Positions 7,763 through 17,002 of a stretch of 19,975 nucleotides of DNA are shown here, in pieces. Numbering within the stretch: position 1 is the stretch's first letter; each line of letters starts with the position of its first letter. Origin of the DNA: Candidatus Heimdallarchaeota archaeon (GTDB taxonomy: Archaea; Asgardarchaeota; Heimdallarchaeia; Heimdallarchaeales; Heimdallarchaeaceae). Below the pieces are notes generated by a model. It did no database searches. It saw only the letters and a list, made by a program, of their open reading frames with translations, and was not told the origin of the DNA. The translations under genes were made by a program, and so were the position numbers. The stretch lies in assembly GCA_019057375.1 (NCBI GenBank), contig DXJF01000009.1, positions 1-19,975 on the forward strand, written 5' to 3'.

Positions 7763-8599
7763 CTAATTGAAATCATTAACAGCATCTTCGAGATTGTTGA
7801 TAATTATATCTGGTCCACTGTCCTCTTCCAAATCTCCAAGATCATTCATTGATGTTACACCAGATAGAACTAAACAAGAATTTATCCCTGCTTTATTAGC
7901 TCCATATATGTCTGTTTCAATTCTATCTCCAAACATTATTGAGAGGTCCTTCTTCGATTCAGCTATCGATATTGCTGTTTCATACATTAAAGGAGCAGGT
8001 TTTCCAATAATAATTTCAACAGTCCTGTTAGATAATGCTTCAAGCATTGCAATCATTGCTCCTCCTCCCGGGATTAGACCTTTAACCGTTGGGAATGTAA
8101 AATCTCCATTTGTTGCTATGAATTGAACATTTTTATAATTTACAAGTATATGAGTTGCTCTAGCTATTTTCGTGTAATTAAAATTTCGATCCATTCCAGT
8201 AATAACATAATCAATATTGTCAAAATTTAAATTGAAAATATCTTCATCATTTTTCTCTTCCCAATTATTAACAACATCCAAACCCGCAAGCAATAGTTCT
8301 TGTTTCAAACCTTGCTCCCCAATAACATACACAGAAGAGTTTGGGGCTTTTTGTTTCAAATATTCAGCTGTTAAAAAGGCTGAAGTTAAAATATGATTTA
8401 CAGGTAAAGAAATACCCAAGTTCTTTAGTTTTTCTTGGAATTCTTCTCGTGTCTTTGTACTATTATTAGTTAAAATGAAAACTTGCTTGTCCTTCTTTTC
8501 AAGCAAGTGTAAAAATTCCATGGCTCCTGGAAGAGGTGAATTTTCTTTATACAAAACTCCGTCTCCATCAAAGAGAAAGGTTTCAAAAATCTCAAACAT
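7763..8599 (-). CDS. HAD superfamily subfamily IIA (NagD/phosphoglycolate-phosphatase-like) hydrolase
   Basis: Motif I FDGDGVL, motif II LTNN, motif III GKP, motif IV GDRIETDI; AGAGGA before the ATG. Confidence 0.93.
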   Translation of the reverse strand: MFEIFETFLFDGDGVLYKENSPLPGAMEFLHLLEKKDKQVFILTNNSTKTREEFQEKLKNLGISLPVNHILTSAFLTAEYLKQKAPNSSVYVIGEQGLKQELLLAGLDVVNNWEEKNDEDIFNLNFDNIDYVITGMDRNFNYTKIARATHILVNYKNVQFIATNGDFTFPTVKGLIPGGGAMIAMLEALSNRTVEIIIGKPAPLMYETAISIAESKKDLSIMFGDRIETDIYGANKAGINSCLVLSGVTSMNDLGDLEEDSGPDIIINNLEDAVNDFN

Positions 8600-8744
8600 T
8601 AGTATCCTCTAATATTCTATTAATATATTATATAACAGTTTTTGAGAAAGAGGATTTTAGAAAAACAAAGAGGATACAGACAAAAGATACTATACTTAAA
8701 CTAATTTCCAAACTTTTTTTATAGACCGAAGATATTGGTAATTC

Positions 8745-10247
8745 ATGTCATATGTTGAGAAAGCTTTCTATAAATATATCAAAAATATCTTCACTAGTGG
8801 TTTTAAAGTACTTTTCAGCAAAAGATATATCTTTTACACTTTAGCTTTTGTTTTGATTAGTCTAACAACTACAATCTTCTATCTAATTCGTAAAAATGTT
8901 GAAGTTGGTCCTCCTGGGGCACTGAAGATAATAGCTAATTTACTTATAGCAATAGAGTTGTCTGTAGCTATCACATACGTGCTGTTCGGACTATTTTTCT
9001 CAAAATATCCATTGAAATACTGGGTTCCTCCAGCAATATTATCTGCAGTAGGTGGAGCAGCATTGCTTTACTTCGTTCCTATTCTTTCGCCTTATATCGC
9101 ATCAATTTGTTATTTTAGCTGGATAATTGTATCTATATTTCTAACATTTTCATTATCAAGAAATTTCTGGGGAAGTAAGGTTTTAGGAAGTATTATGTTT
9201 CTTGGAAAACCAGCAGATGAAGGAACAATTATATTCAGTGGTATTGCGTTTTTCTTCTCATTAGTTAATTCTGTTTTGGCTGGTTATGTTATCTATGATT
9301 CCGTTAAAAGGTTCCTAATATCACAAATAACAGCTGAAACCATAACTAGCTTTGTCTTTACTTTAATGACAGTCTTATTTGCACTTCTAGCCATAATTCT
9401 GGTTAATCTCATGATTTTTGTTTGGGGAAAGAAGGATGATGTTTTTTACACAATTTTAGCATTCTTCTATGTTTTTTCCTCATTTACATTATGGAAATAT
9501 GCACTTTACACATTCCAAAATAGAGCGGAAACTAGCATAATCCCATATGATAATGCAGGAAGTATAATTATTGCTCTCTTCTTCATTTTCTATACTGTTT
9601 CTAGTTATGGGAGAAAAGTAAAAAAAATAGAGAAAGGTGAAGCTAAGGAAATGACCCTATCTATTGATGAATCAACTAAGAGTGATGATATCATTGAAAC
9701 TGAAGCTGAGGAGGATTGGTATTTATTGAAAATTCCCAGATTCATGGGTCCTTTAGGAGTTCTAATTACTTTAATGGGATTGGTTTTAGGATATCATGTA
9801 ACTATCCTTCAGTTTATTGCTACTGAAGATCTCTTTACTCAAACCTTTTTCTCACTAAATGATCTGGTTGGCTTAAAGGATAAAATAGCAATTATTCTTT
9901 TACCTCTTATAATAATATTCTTCCTATTTAGTTACAAATGGTCTTCAAGATTTCGTAGATATTCATCACCTGAACTATACAGATTTGAATTTCTACCATC
10001 ATTTGAAGAATTAGAAGAAAGATTGGATAGAATCAGACGTGGGGAAGATTCATGGAAAGATTACGCAAACATGGTAATTAAGGAGGGGATTAAAATAGGT
10101 GCTAAATCTGCAGCAAGAAAGGTTTTTATAACCCCTACCAAAAAAGTTGCAGGAGCTATTGGTGGAGCTTACTCTAAAACGAAAAAAGGAGTTTCTAAAG
10201 GCTTTAGAAAGGTTTTCAGAAGAAAACCTAAAGATAAAAATGATTGA
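8745..10247 (+). CDS. Polytopic membrane protein of unknown function
   Basis: 500 aa with roughly 10-12 hydrophobic segments, an acidic cytoplasmic loop and a Lys/Arg-rich C-terminal tail. TTTTTATA lies about 25 nt upstream of the ATG. Confidence 0.85.
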   Translation: MSYVEKAFYKYIKNIFTSGFKVLFSKRYIFYTLAFVLISLTTTIFYLIRKNVEVGPPGALKIIANLLIAIELSVAITYVLFGLFFSKYPLKYWVPPAILSAVGGAALLYFVPILSPYIASICYFSWIIVSIFLTFSLSRNFWGSKVLGSIMFLGKPADEGTIIFSGIAFFFSLVNSVLAGYVIYDSVKRFLISQITAETITSFVFTLMTVLFALLAIILVNLMIFVWGKKDDVFYTILAFFYVFSSFTLWKYALYTFQNRAETSIIPYDNAGSIIIALFFIFYTVSSYGRKVKKIEKGEAKEMTLSIDESTKSDDIIETEAEEDWYLLKIPRFMGPLGVLITLMGLVLGYHVTILQFIATEDLFTQTFFSLNDLVGLKDKIAIILLPLIIIFFLFSYKWSSRFRRYSSPELYRFEFLPSFEELEERLDRIRRGEDSWKDYANMVIKEGIKIGAKSAARKVFITPTKKVAGAIGGAYSKTKKGVSKGFRKVFRRKPKDKND

Positions 10248-10272
10248 GATAATTCCTAATTATCTCCTCTTT

Positions 10273-12441
10273 TTATGTGGTTTTAATTTCTAATTCGGAT
10301 ATATGTTCAATAAAGAACTTCATAACTTTCTTTCTTACTCCCGCATAGAATTTAATTGAACCTACAACTTCGTGCCCGCCACCCTCAACATCGGCTTCAG
10401 GAATTTTGCTTTGCATTAATTTCACAGCATTGGGGAAATTTATTACAAGTCCCTTAGAACGAAGAATTATGAAGTCTGGACCTTCTCCAAGAGTAACCAC
10501 AGCTTTATCAGGATTTTCATGACAATGATGATCGAAAATTAATCCTGTTAGTTTACCAGGATTCGGGAAAGTAAATCTATGCGTATACATCTCTACATCT
10601 ATAGTTACCAGTAACACACCATTTGTTAGTTCCTTGACCTTACTATGAGGAAGAGCATTCTTATACGCTTTATCCATCATCTCTCTTGTTTCTCTTCCGA
10701 TTAAAGTGTACATCTTTGTATGCCATTCTGCTGGAGTATCAACACCAAATAAAATTTTCATAAGATTTTGTCCTTCCGAAAATCTTAGTTGATATACTTC
10801 ATAGTCCACAGCTATACCAATATTCTTCAGATCATCTATTGTATAATCTTTGGATTCAGCTAACTTGATGTATTGCTCCAGTTCTTTTCCTTCAACTCTA
10901 TCCATCAACCCTGCAATTGCTGGTAGATGTAGTAAATCATCATGGATACTAGAGCAGATTATCCTAGCTAATTCAAAACCCAACATACCAGCTGATAGTT
11001 CATATCCTCCACCGACGAAATATGGATTTACATGTATATCTACTAAATCTTTGATTTCTTTATCGGGAAAATGGTGATCTATTACAATTACTTCTAAATC
11101 TAGTGATTTAATTTGTAAATAGGGGAAGAGAGATTCAGTACTCGATCCAAAATCTAAGCACACGAATAAGGGTAACTTGTCACCAAATCTTTCCTGATCT
11201 GCTAATGCAAAGTCAAGATCTTTTGTAACGTCAATAGCATCATAGAATGGTGGTTTATTAGGTAGGCGTTTCAACCTCACCCTTATTGTATCGGCATCAT
11301 ACCCCTCTTTTTCCATCAAGTTTTTGATAGCCATCTTGACTGCAAATCCTGCAACTGTACCATCAGCATCAGCATGATTTCGTATGATTATGGGTTGACC
11401 TGTGTAAATGGCTTTCCTAATACGTTTAGCAGCTTTAGTAAGGTCTGGTCTAAGTTTTTCTAGAAGCTCACTTTTAATCGAAAAATCTATTTTTTGAGGA
11501 GTAGCTTTTTTATCTATGGCTTTCTCGATTTCTTTTACTAAAATAGAACTCTCAGCTGCATCCAAAGTTTCCATATCTTTTATTTCAATTTGTAAAATAT
11601 CTCTATGTTTATTTATTTCTCCGAAAATTGCTACAACCGTATCTTCTTCAATTTCTGGAAATGCTCTTTCTCCGGGTTTAATGAATGCAGCACCATTAAT
11701 TGAACCAGTTTGATCAACAAGAGTAAAACGAGTGGGTCCCGATGTTTGTAAAACAGAAACAACTTGTGCATTAAGAGAGATAAAGGAACCTTCCATGTCT
11801 TGATTCAGGTTATTAATTTGAAGTTTTCTTACTCTTCCTCGTAAAGATTCTATTGCATAATCATCTATATTCTGAGGAATACCAAAAAGTTTTCCTTGAT
11901 CATTTATGAAATTGACTTTAACAATTACTTCCTCTCCAATATCCCATGCATAGTCTTGAGTTACATCTTTTGTTCTTATTAGAACATTCGAATCAGGTGC
12001 AATTTGAACAAAAACACCTACTTTTTTCACTGCATCAACTCTAGAAAGAATTAACATTCCTGTTCTAACTAGTCGTGAATCAACGGGGGGTTTTAAACTA
12101 TAAACAACTGGAACTTTCGTTTTCTCACAACTACTACATATGCCAGAAGAAGTTGGTTCTTTTATTATTTTCATGCAATTTGAACATAATTGAACTGATT
12201 TGTTTCCTCCACATGTTGGACACTTTTCACGTAAAATGATTTTTCCTGTTCCTTGGCATTTCTCACAAGCTTGTCCTTCTTTAGTTTCACCTAGTGTGAA
12301 GGCTGTTTTACCTATACCTAAACACGATGGACAAGTCATTTTTTCCTTTATAATCTTTCCTCGACCTTTACAAGTGGGACATTTTGAACTCAAGATTTTT
12401 ACACCTATATTTAATAATAGACTAACGAAACAAAAATTCAA
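10273..12441 (-). CDS. Archaeal RecJ-like DHH phosphoesterase with DnaJ-type Zn finger, S1 and OB folds (COG1107, HAN-like)
   Basis: CxxCxGxG repeats (CPTCKGRG, CPSCLGIG, CEKCQGTG, degenerate CPTCGGNK); S1-like VGVFVQI; OB fold; HADADG, LDFG, IDHH and GGGH (DHHA1) motifs. Likely start is TTG 12393 after AGGTG. Confidence 0.9.
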   Translation of the reverse strand: MNFCFVSLLLNIGVKILSSKCPTCKGRGKIIKEKMTCPSCLGIGKTAFTLGETKEGQACEKCQGTGKIILREKCPTCGGNKSVQLCSNCMKIIKEPTSSGICSSCEKTKVPVVYSLKPPVDSRLVRTGMLILSRVDAVKKVGVFVQIAPDSNVLIRTKDVTQDYAWDIGEEVIVKVNFINDQGKLFGIPQNIDDYAIESLRGRVRKLQINNLNQDMEGSFISLNAQVVSVLQTSGPTRFTLVDQTGSINGAAFIKPGERAFPEIEEDTVVAIFGEINKHRDILQIEIKDMETLDAAESSILVKEIEKAIDKKATPQKIDFSIKSELLEKLRPDLTKAAKRIRKAIYTGQPIIIRNHADADGTVAGFAVKMAIKNLMEKEGYDADTIRVRLKRLPNKPPFYDAIDVTKDLDFALADQERFGDKLPLFVCLDFGSSTESLFPYLQIKSLDLEVIVIDHHFPDKEIKDLVDIHVNPYFVGGGYELSAGMLGFELARIICSSIHDDLLHLPAIAGLMDRVEGKELEQYIKLAESKDYTIDDLKNIGIAVDYEVYQLRFSEGQNLMKILFGVDTPAEWHTKMYTLIGRETREMMDKAYKNALPHSKVKELTNGVLLVTIDVEMYTHRFTFPNPGKLTGLIFDHHCHENPDKAVVTLGEGPDFIILRSKGLVINFPNAVKLMQSKIPEADVEGGGHEVVGSIKFYAGVRKKVMKFFIEHISELEIKTT

Positions 12442-12468
12442 TATACAAAAAAATTATGTTGTAAGAGA

Positions 12469-12867
12469 TTAATCTGGAATTAAAGCTATTTCACTGAAAT
12501 TAAGTAATCTAGTGAATATTAGATTGCTTATTTCTAATTTTAGTTTTTCTGAACTATCTTCAAATCTTTCTGCAGCACTATAGATTTTCATTGAAAGATC
12601 TGCATCTCCAAAAACATAATGTACATAGAAAGCTAAATCACGAGTTCCTGCATCGTCGGAGTCATCACAAGAACATACATGAGCTTTGATTATTTCAGGA
12701 CCTAGGTCCAATACGCACTCATATAATTCTTCTAATGTTGAACTGGAACAAAGAACACCTTGTGTATCAGGTGAAATAAATTTGAACCTTTCATTTGGTC
12801 CTTCATCACCACTAGCCATTTTAGCTAGTACTTTAAGAGTAGTTAAATCCACAGCTTTCAACCTCAT
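12469..12867 (-). CDS. DUF5752-like small protein
   Basis: F-x-F ... S-x-x-L-E-E-L ... I-x-x-H ... D-L-A-x-Y-V-x-x-V-F-G-D-x-x-L pattern resembles DUF5752 as I recall it; not confirmed by search. Confidence 0.55.
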   Translation of the reverse strand: MRLKAVDLTTLKVLAKMASGDEGPNERFKFISPDTQGVLCSSSTLEELYECVLDLGPEIIKAHVCSCDDSDDAGTRDLAFYVHYVFGDADLSMKIYSAAERFEDSSEKLKLEISNLIFTRLLNFSEIALIPD

Positions 12868-12874
12868 TTCTTGT

Positions 12875-13252
12875 TTAACTTATCATCATTGGAGTTAGTT
12901 GTTGCAGTAATCGTTTAATGTTGTGTTCTAGAAGACCTCTGTTTTCTTCCTTGGTAGTTATAATTACTGCGTAATACTCATCACCAATTGGACGAAGATA
13001 AACAAAGTGATCTTTTTCTTCAATTGTAACACTCATCAAAGTAAATTCTTTCATTAATTGTTGGAGTGATTCCTTAGCTAGAGAAAGCATCTTTTCACTT
13101 AACCATTGAATAACAAGTCTTTCAAATTTTTGGGATGATTCTGCTAATAATAAGGCATCTTTAGCATAGATAATTGAACAACCCAACACTCCTTCTGTAT
13201 TAGATTCAAATTCATGAAGCATTTTTTCTATTTGTTGACCAGACAGACTCAT
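12875..13252 (-). CDS. Roadblock/LC7 domain protein
   Basis: EGVLGCSIIYAKDALLL, helix, SVTIEEKDHFVYLRPIGDEYYAVIIT, RGLL helix. ATG 13252 is preferred over TTG 13264. Ends 7 nt before the next gene. Confidence 0.82.
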   Translation of the reverse strand: MSLSGQQIEKMLHEFESNTEGVLGCSIIYAKDALLLAESSQKFERLVIQWLSEKMLSLAKESLQQLMKEFTLMSVTIEEKDHFVYLRPIGDEYYAVIITTKEENRGLLEHNIKRLLQQLTPMMIS

Positions 13253-13409
13253 CTTATACACCAATATCTTTGGGTAAGTAGTATTTCTAATAGTATATCA
13301 ATCTTATCTTTATTTTTGAATGTTCATTCAGTGATAGAATAAGGATTTAGTATATAAACTAACAATTTTAGAAAGAAAACTTCTTGTTGAATCAGAATAT
13401 TGAGAATTT

Positions 13410-14336
13410 CTATAACATTCTCTCAACAAACATAGAAATTCTACTCATGTGAGGAGACATAGATTCTAGTTCATCTCGAAAACTGCTAAAAACAATAGAT
13501 TTTGAGGTTTGATTCTTATTTATATAAACCAAAACCCAGTATGATTCATCTCCCACTGTAATTGATTTAATTAGATTTTCTGAAGATTCAAAATCGATTC
13601 TAATTTCTGAAGGATTGGCCAGAAGGTATTTTATTACAGGATATATATCAGAAAATATTCGTCTACTAAAAACAAATGAAAAAAGCTGATCATCCTTTGC
13701 GACTGCAAATAAACTTGAAATTAGTTTCTTATACCCCAAGAAGAAATTTGTTAAAGATTTCTTAATACTATTAATTTTATCTCCACCTAATTTTTCTTCG
13801 TCAGTTAAAACCTCAACGTAGAATTCTTCCATTTTGACTGTTGGGATAGAAATTCCAGGGAGTGGCAAAGATTCTTCTGTAAGTACTTCATTACCAATAG
13901 ATTCCTCAGGTTTTTTCTGCCCTTTTCTTCTTATTTCTGCAACTAAATCTAGAGGTATGATTGTATCCCCTATATCAAACAAAGAAGAAATTTCACTAAT
14001 AGATTTATTTTCTGTCAAAATTTCATATCTAAGAGAAATATTCTGAATAAGTGCACTTTCAATTTCTTTGCTTAGGTTTTCTTTGGTGATTATAACAAGC
14101 AATTTTTCATCATGAAGTTCTGCAAAAAGAAATTTGCTTGTGCCAAAATCTATTGACACAACCTCTTCATTACCTATAGCATAAGTATAGCTGTACAGTG
14201 CCGATATGAATCCGAATACTAATACATCATCTATATTCAAGAAATCTGTAAATTTTTCAGTAAATATACTAACTCCTTGATCTATGACTTGGATTGAGAA
14301 AATCTTCTCTTTGTACTTGGAAATATCAGCACTCAT
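13410..14336 (-). CDS. Longin-like domain protein with a second alpha/beta (roadblock/profilin-like?) C-terminal domain
   Basis: N-terminal IFSIQVIDQGVSIF...LVFGFISALYSY...SIDFGTSKFLF...LLVIIT matches the Asgard longin-like pattern. An acidic/Pro linker precedes the C-terminal domain of about 120 aa. Confidence 0.65.
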   Translation of the reverse strand: MSADISKYKEKIFSIQVIDQGVSIFTEKFTDFLNIDDVLVFGFISALYSYTYAIGNEEVVSIDFGTSKFLFAELHDEKLLVIITKENLSKEIESALIQNISLRYEILTENKSISEISSLFDIGDTIIPLDLVAEIRRKGQKKPEESIGNEVLTEESLPLPGISIPTVKMEEFYVEVLTDEEKLGGDKINSIKKSLTNFFLGYKKLISSLFAVAKDDQLFSFVFSRRIFSDIYPVIKYLLANPSEIRIDFESSENLIKSITVGDESYWVLVYINKNQTSKSIVFSSFRDELESMSPHMSRISMFVERML

Positions 14337-14368
14337 CTGATAGAGATATAGTAAGAGGATTTTTATTC

Positions 14369-14911
14369 TTATTGTTGTTTTTCACTAAAAAAATCAGCGA
14401 TTATTGATTGGGAATAGAAAGTAAGCCCAACAGATTCTAAATTTCTTTGAATGTAATCCTGTGTGGATGAGAACAAGTAAACATTCCTCTTCCAAATTTT
14501 TTCCAAGTCTTTATTGTCAGGAAAACTTCGATTTTTTCTCCAATTCTTTCTTCTGTTTTTATAAATTCCATAATCTTTTAAGAGAACCAGATACCCTATG
14601 AAAGTAACCTTCTTTGAAACATGAGGAAATTTCTTTCTTTCTAGTTCTCGTAAAATCAATATTCTTAGATATTCATTTAGTTGTTCTAGAAACTTATCTT
14701 CATTTCCTGCTGTTACTTTGCTGTAGTGTTTTGCTTCAAAAACAATATAGTATGTTTTATCTCTAATAGATCTTTTAGCTAATATATCTATTCTCTTATT
14801 CTCAATCCTTCTCTCTTCCCAAACCTCAAAACTGTTGTTGTGTAAAAAATGTGCTATTGAACTTTGAGCTACCCTCCATTCTTCGGTAGTATTTTCATTA
14901 TGGAGATTCAT
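14369..14911 (-). CDS. PD-(D/E)xK restriction-endonuclease-fold nuclease
   Basis: WEE...RIDILAK...VFEAKHY gives an intact E-D-ExK set. ATG 14911 overlaps the TPR stop as ATGA; the ORF track start is 14926. Confidence 0.8.
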   Translation of the reverse strand: MNLHNENTTEEWRVAQSSIAHFLHNNSFEVWEERRIENKRIDILAKRSIRDKTYYIVFEAKHYSKVTAGNEDKFLEQLNEYLRILILRELERKKFPHVSKKVTFIGYLVLLKDYGIYKNRRKNWRKNRSFPDNKDLEKIWKRNVYLFSSTQDYIQRNLESVGLTFYSQSIIADFFSEKQQ

Positions 14912-16683
14912 ATAGAGTTTTCCCATTCTTCGAATCGTGCAGCTGTTTTATAATCTTTATTCTTTATAGCAATGTCCTTTGCTTTGTTATAACAATCCTT
15001 AGCTTCATTCTTAAGTTTCAGTTCTTCATAGAGTATACCTAGATTAGCCCAGGAAATGGCTTTGTTTGGTTCGATATCAATAGCTGTTTGATAAGCATCT
15101 ATTGCTTCATCATACCTCTTTAATTCTTTCAAAACATTACCTAAATTGTTTAAAGCTGCATGATCTTCAGGATTTAACTCCAATACTTTTTTGTATGTTT
15201 CTTCAGCTTTTTTGTAAAGTGATAATTCTTGATAAGCTAACCCAAGATTAAACTGTATCCTAGAATCATCAGGATCGAATGATATTACTTTTCTGAAAGC
15301 TTCACTGGCACCAAGATAGTCTTTAGCTCTCATAAGGAGATCACCAATTTTATTCCAAAGAGTAGTTTCATCCCAAGGGAGATAAGAAGATACCATCTTA
15401 AGAATGCGAACTAATCGCTTATCATCATGAAGCACAGTCAAAATTGAAGTAATTTTCTGAAGATACTTTTGAACTTCTTTACCAGACATCAGTAATTCTT
15501 CATAAATGCTTATAGCTTCATCCACCCTACCCATTCTTTCATAAACCAAAGCCAAATTCTCCAATATTCCAGTATTCTCAGGAAATTTTGATACCCCAAT
15601 CTGGAGTATTTCCAGAGAATTATCATATTTCTTTCTACTGATTAACCCAGTTACGAATCTAACAATGGCTTCAGCTGAAGACATCAATTGAATTTGTTTA
15701 ATAAAATACTCATATTCTCCCATAGATTCAATAGTTGCTATAGCTTTTCCAGCTAAAGTCCAACTTTCTAAACATGCTGGATCCAGTGTTAAAGCGGTCT
15801 TAATCGCTTTGATTGCTTGTTCATCTTTATGCTGAGCAAAGAAGCAATCAGCTAATTCATTCCAGTACTCAGGTATATCATTTTTAATCTGAAGTGCTTT
15901 CTTGAAATGTTCTTCTGCAATGAGATAATGTTTGCCTTCAAATGCTGCTTTTCCTGTGAAAAATAATATTACATGGCTATCTGGTTGCTTAAGAACTACG
16001 CTTGAAAAGAGAATAAAGGCTTCATCAGTATTATTATTTGCTAAAGCTTCTTGACCGTTAACAAAATCTTTGATTGCGTATAATTCTCTTAATTCATGCT
16101 CAAATTGCTGTTTCAATTCAGTTGAAGTCTGAGCTCTTCGAGTTAGAGATTTCAAAGATTTTGGCAGAGGATAAGCAGTTGAAATATTCAATATCCTGTA
16201 TGCATCAGATGTTGAATCTTTTTTCTCATTATTTGAATGTTCTATAAATTCTGGACGAAGCCTAAGATAACAATCCATCGCTTCCTCATGTTTACCTTGA
16301 AGCATGAATATTGACATCAGGTTTGCCCAAGCAAATTGGTTGTCTGGATTGTAATTAGACAATTTACGATAAATTTCGATTGCCATATCATATTCTTTAA
16401 TTTCAGTTAAAAGATTAGCTAATATAATAACTTCATCTTCACGATCATAAGGTAGTTTGGTGATTTCTTTTTTCAGTACTTTCTTTATTAAATCAAAATT
16501 GTCTGTAAACTCTTTAAGAAAAATATCATCCTCAAATTTGAATAAACTTGAAGTAATTTCACCAGGAGGATAACTTGCATATATTCTGCTGGTTGAATGT
16601 ACAATTTCAGAAGCTATAGTCTCCAATAGGAGGGTAGTATTTTTCAACATCTCATTTATTGTTCTAATATTTTCTTGTGTCAT
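14908..16683 (-). CDS. Tetratricopeptide repeat protein
   Basis: Many 34-aa TPR units, e.g. AWANLMSIF..QGKHEEAMDCY, FNLGLAYQELSLYKKAEETYKKVLELNP, LNNLGNVLKELKRYDEAIDAYQTAIDIEP. Confidence 0.93.
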   Translation of the reverse strand: MTQENIRTINEMLKNTTLLLETIASEIVHSTSRIYASYPPGEITSSLFKFEDDIFLKEFTDNFDLIKKVLKKEITKLPYDREDEVIILANLLTEIKEYDMAIEIYRKLSNYNPDNQFAWANLMSIFMLQGKHEEAMDCYLRLRPEFIEHSNNEKKDSTSDAYRILNISTAYPLPKSLKSLTRRAQTSTELKQQFEHELRELYAIKDFVNGQEALANNNTDEAFILFSSVVLKQPDSHVILFFTGKAAFEGKHYLIAEEHFKKALQIKNDIPEYWNELADCFFAQHKDEQAIKAIKTALTLDPACLESWTLAGKAIATIESMGEYEYFIKQIQLMSSAEAIVRFVTGLISRKKYDNSLEILQIGVSKFPENTGILENLALVYERMGRVDEAISIYEELLMSGKEVQKYLQKITSILTVLHDDKRLVRILKMVSSYLPWDETTLWNKIGDLLMRAKDYLGASEAFRKVISFDPDDSRIQFNLGLAYQELSLYKKAEETYKKVLELNPEDHAALNNLGNVLKELKRYDEAIDAYQTAIDIEPNKAISWANLGILYEELKLKNEAKDCYNKAKDIAIKNKDYKTAARFEEWENSI

Positions 16684-17002
16684 TTAGCTTCCCAAACCAG
16701 ACTATTTGTTTTCCCCCTATGTTGTAAATGACCCCAACCAGAGGTTTGTATTAGTTTCTAACTAATCACTTTGAAATAGCTCTTCATTACTCGTTTTATT
16801 TAAACATTGCTAGTTAATTTCTGATCACTAGTCTAGTTTCAATAATATAATTCACATGGGTATTTATTAATTTAATCTTCTAAAAAAATGGAGTTCGTGC
16901 AAAAAATCGAATTTCCAACTATTTCTTAATCATCTGTTTTACGTTTTATCTACTCATGCAATAAAGCTTATATGGACTCTCATAAACAAAACAAAGACAC
17001 TT

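Noticed and set aside
7625-7765. 45 open, Lys-rich codons in frame after the HAD TAG stop (possible amber read-through or pyrrolysine)
   Set aside because: The HAD domain is already complete, A-rich low-complexity sequence lacks stops by chance, and TAG is used as a normal stop by other genes here.
7767-8724. Plus-strand ORFs 7767-8126 and 8536-8724
   Set aside because: Antisense to the well-supported HAD gene or lying across its promoter; no motifs.
10850-12898. Plus-strand ORFs at 10850, 11516, 12200 and 12686
   Set aside because: Antisense shadows of the RecJ-like and DUF5752-like genes.
13834-14046. 70-aa plus-strand ORF
   Set aside because: Antisense shadow of the longin-like gene.
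16828-16836. CTAGTCTAG, identical to the core of the element's right-end hairpin
   Set aside because: Only 9 bp with no flanking similarity; compatible with chance.
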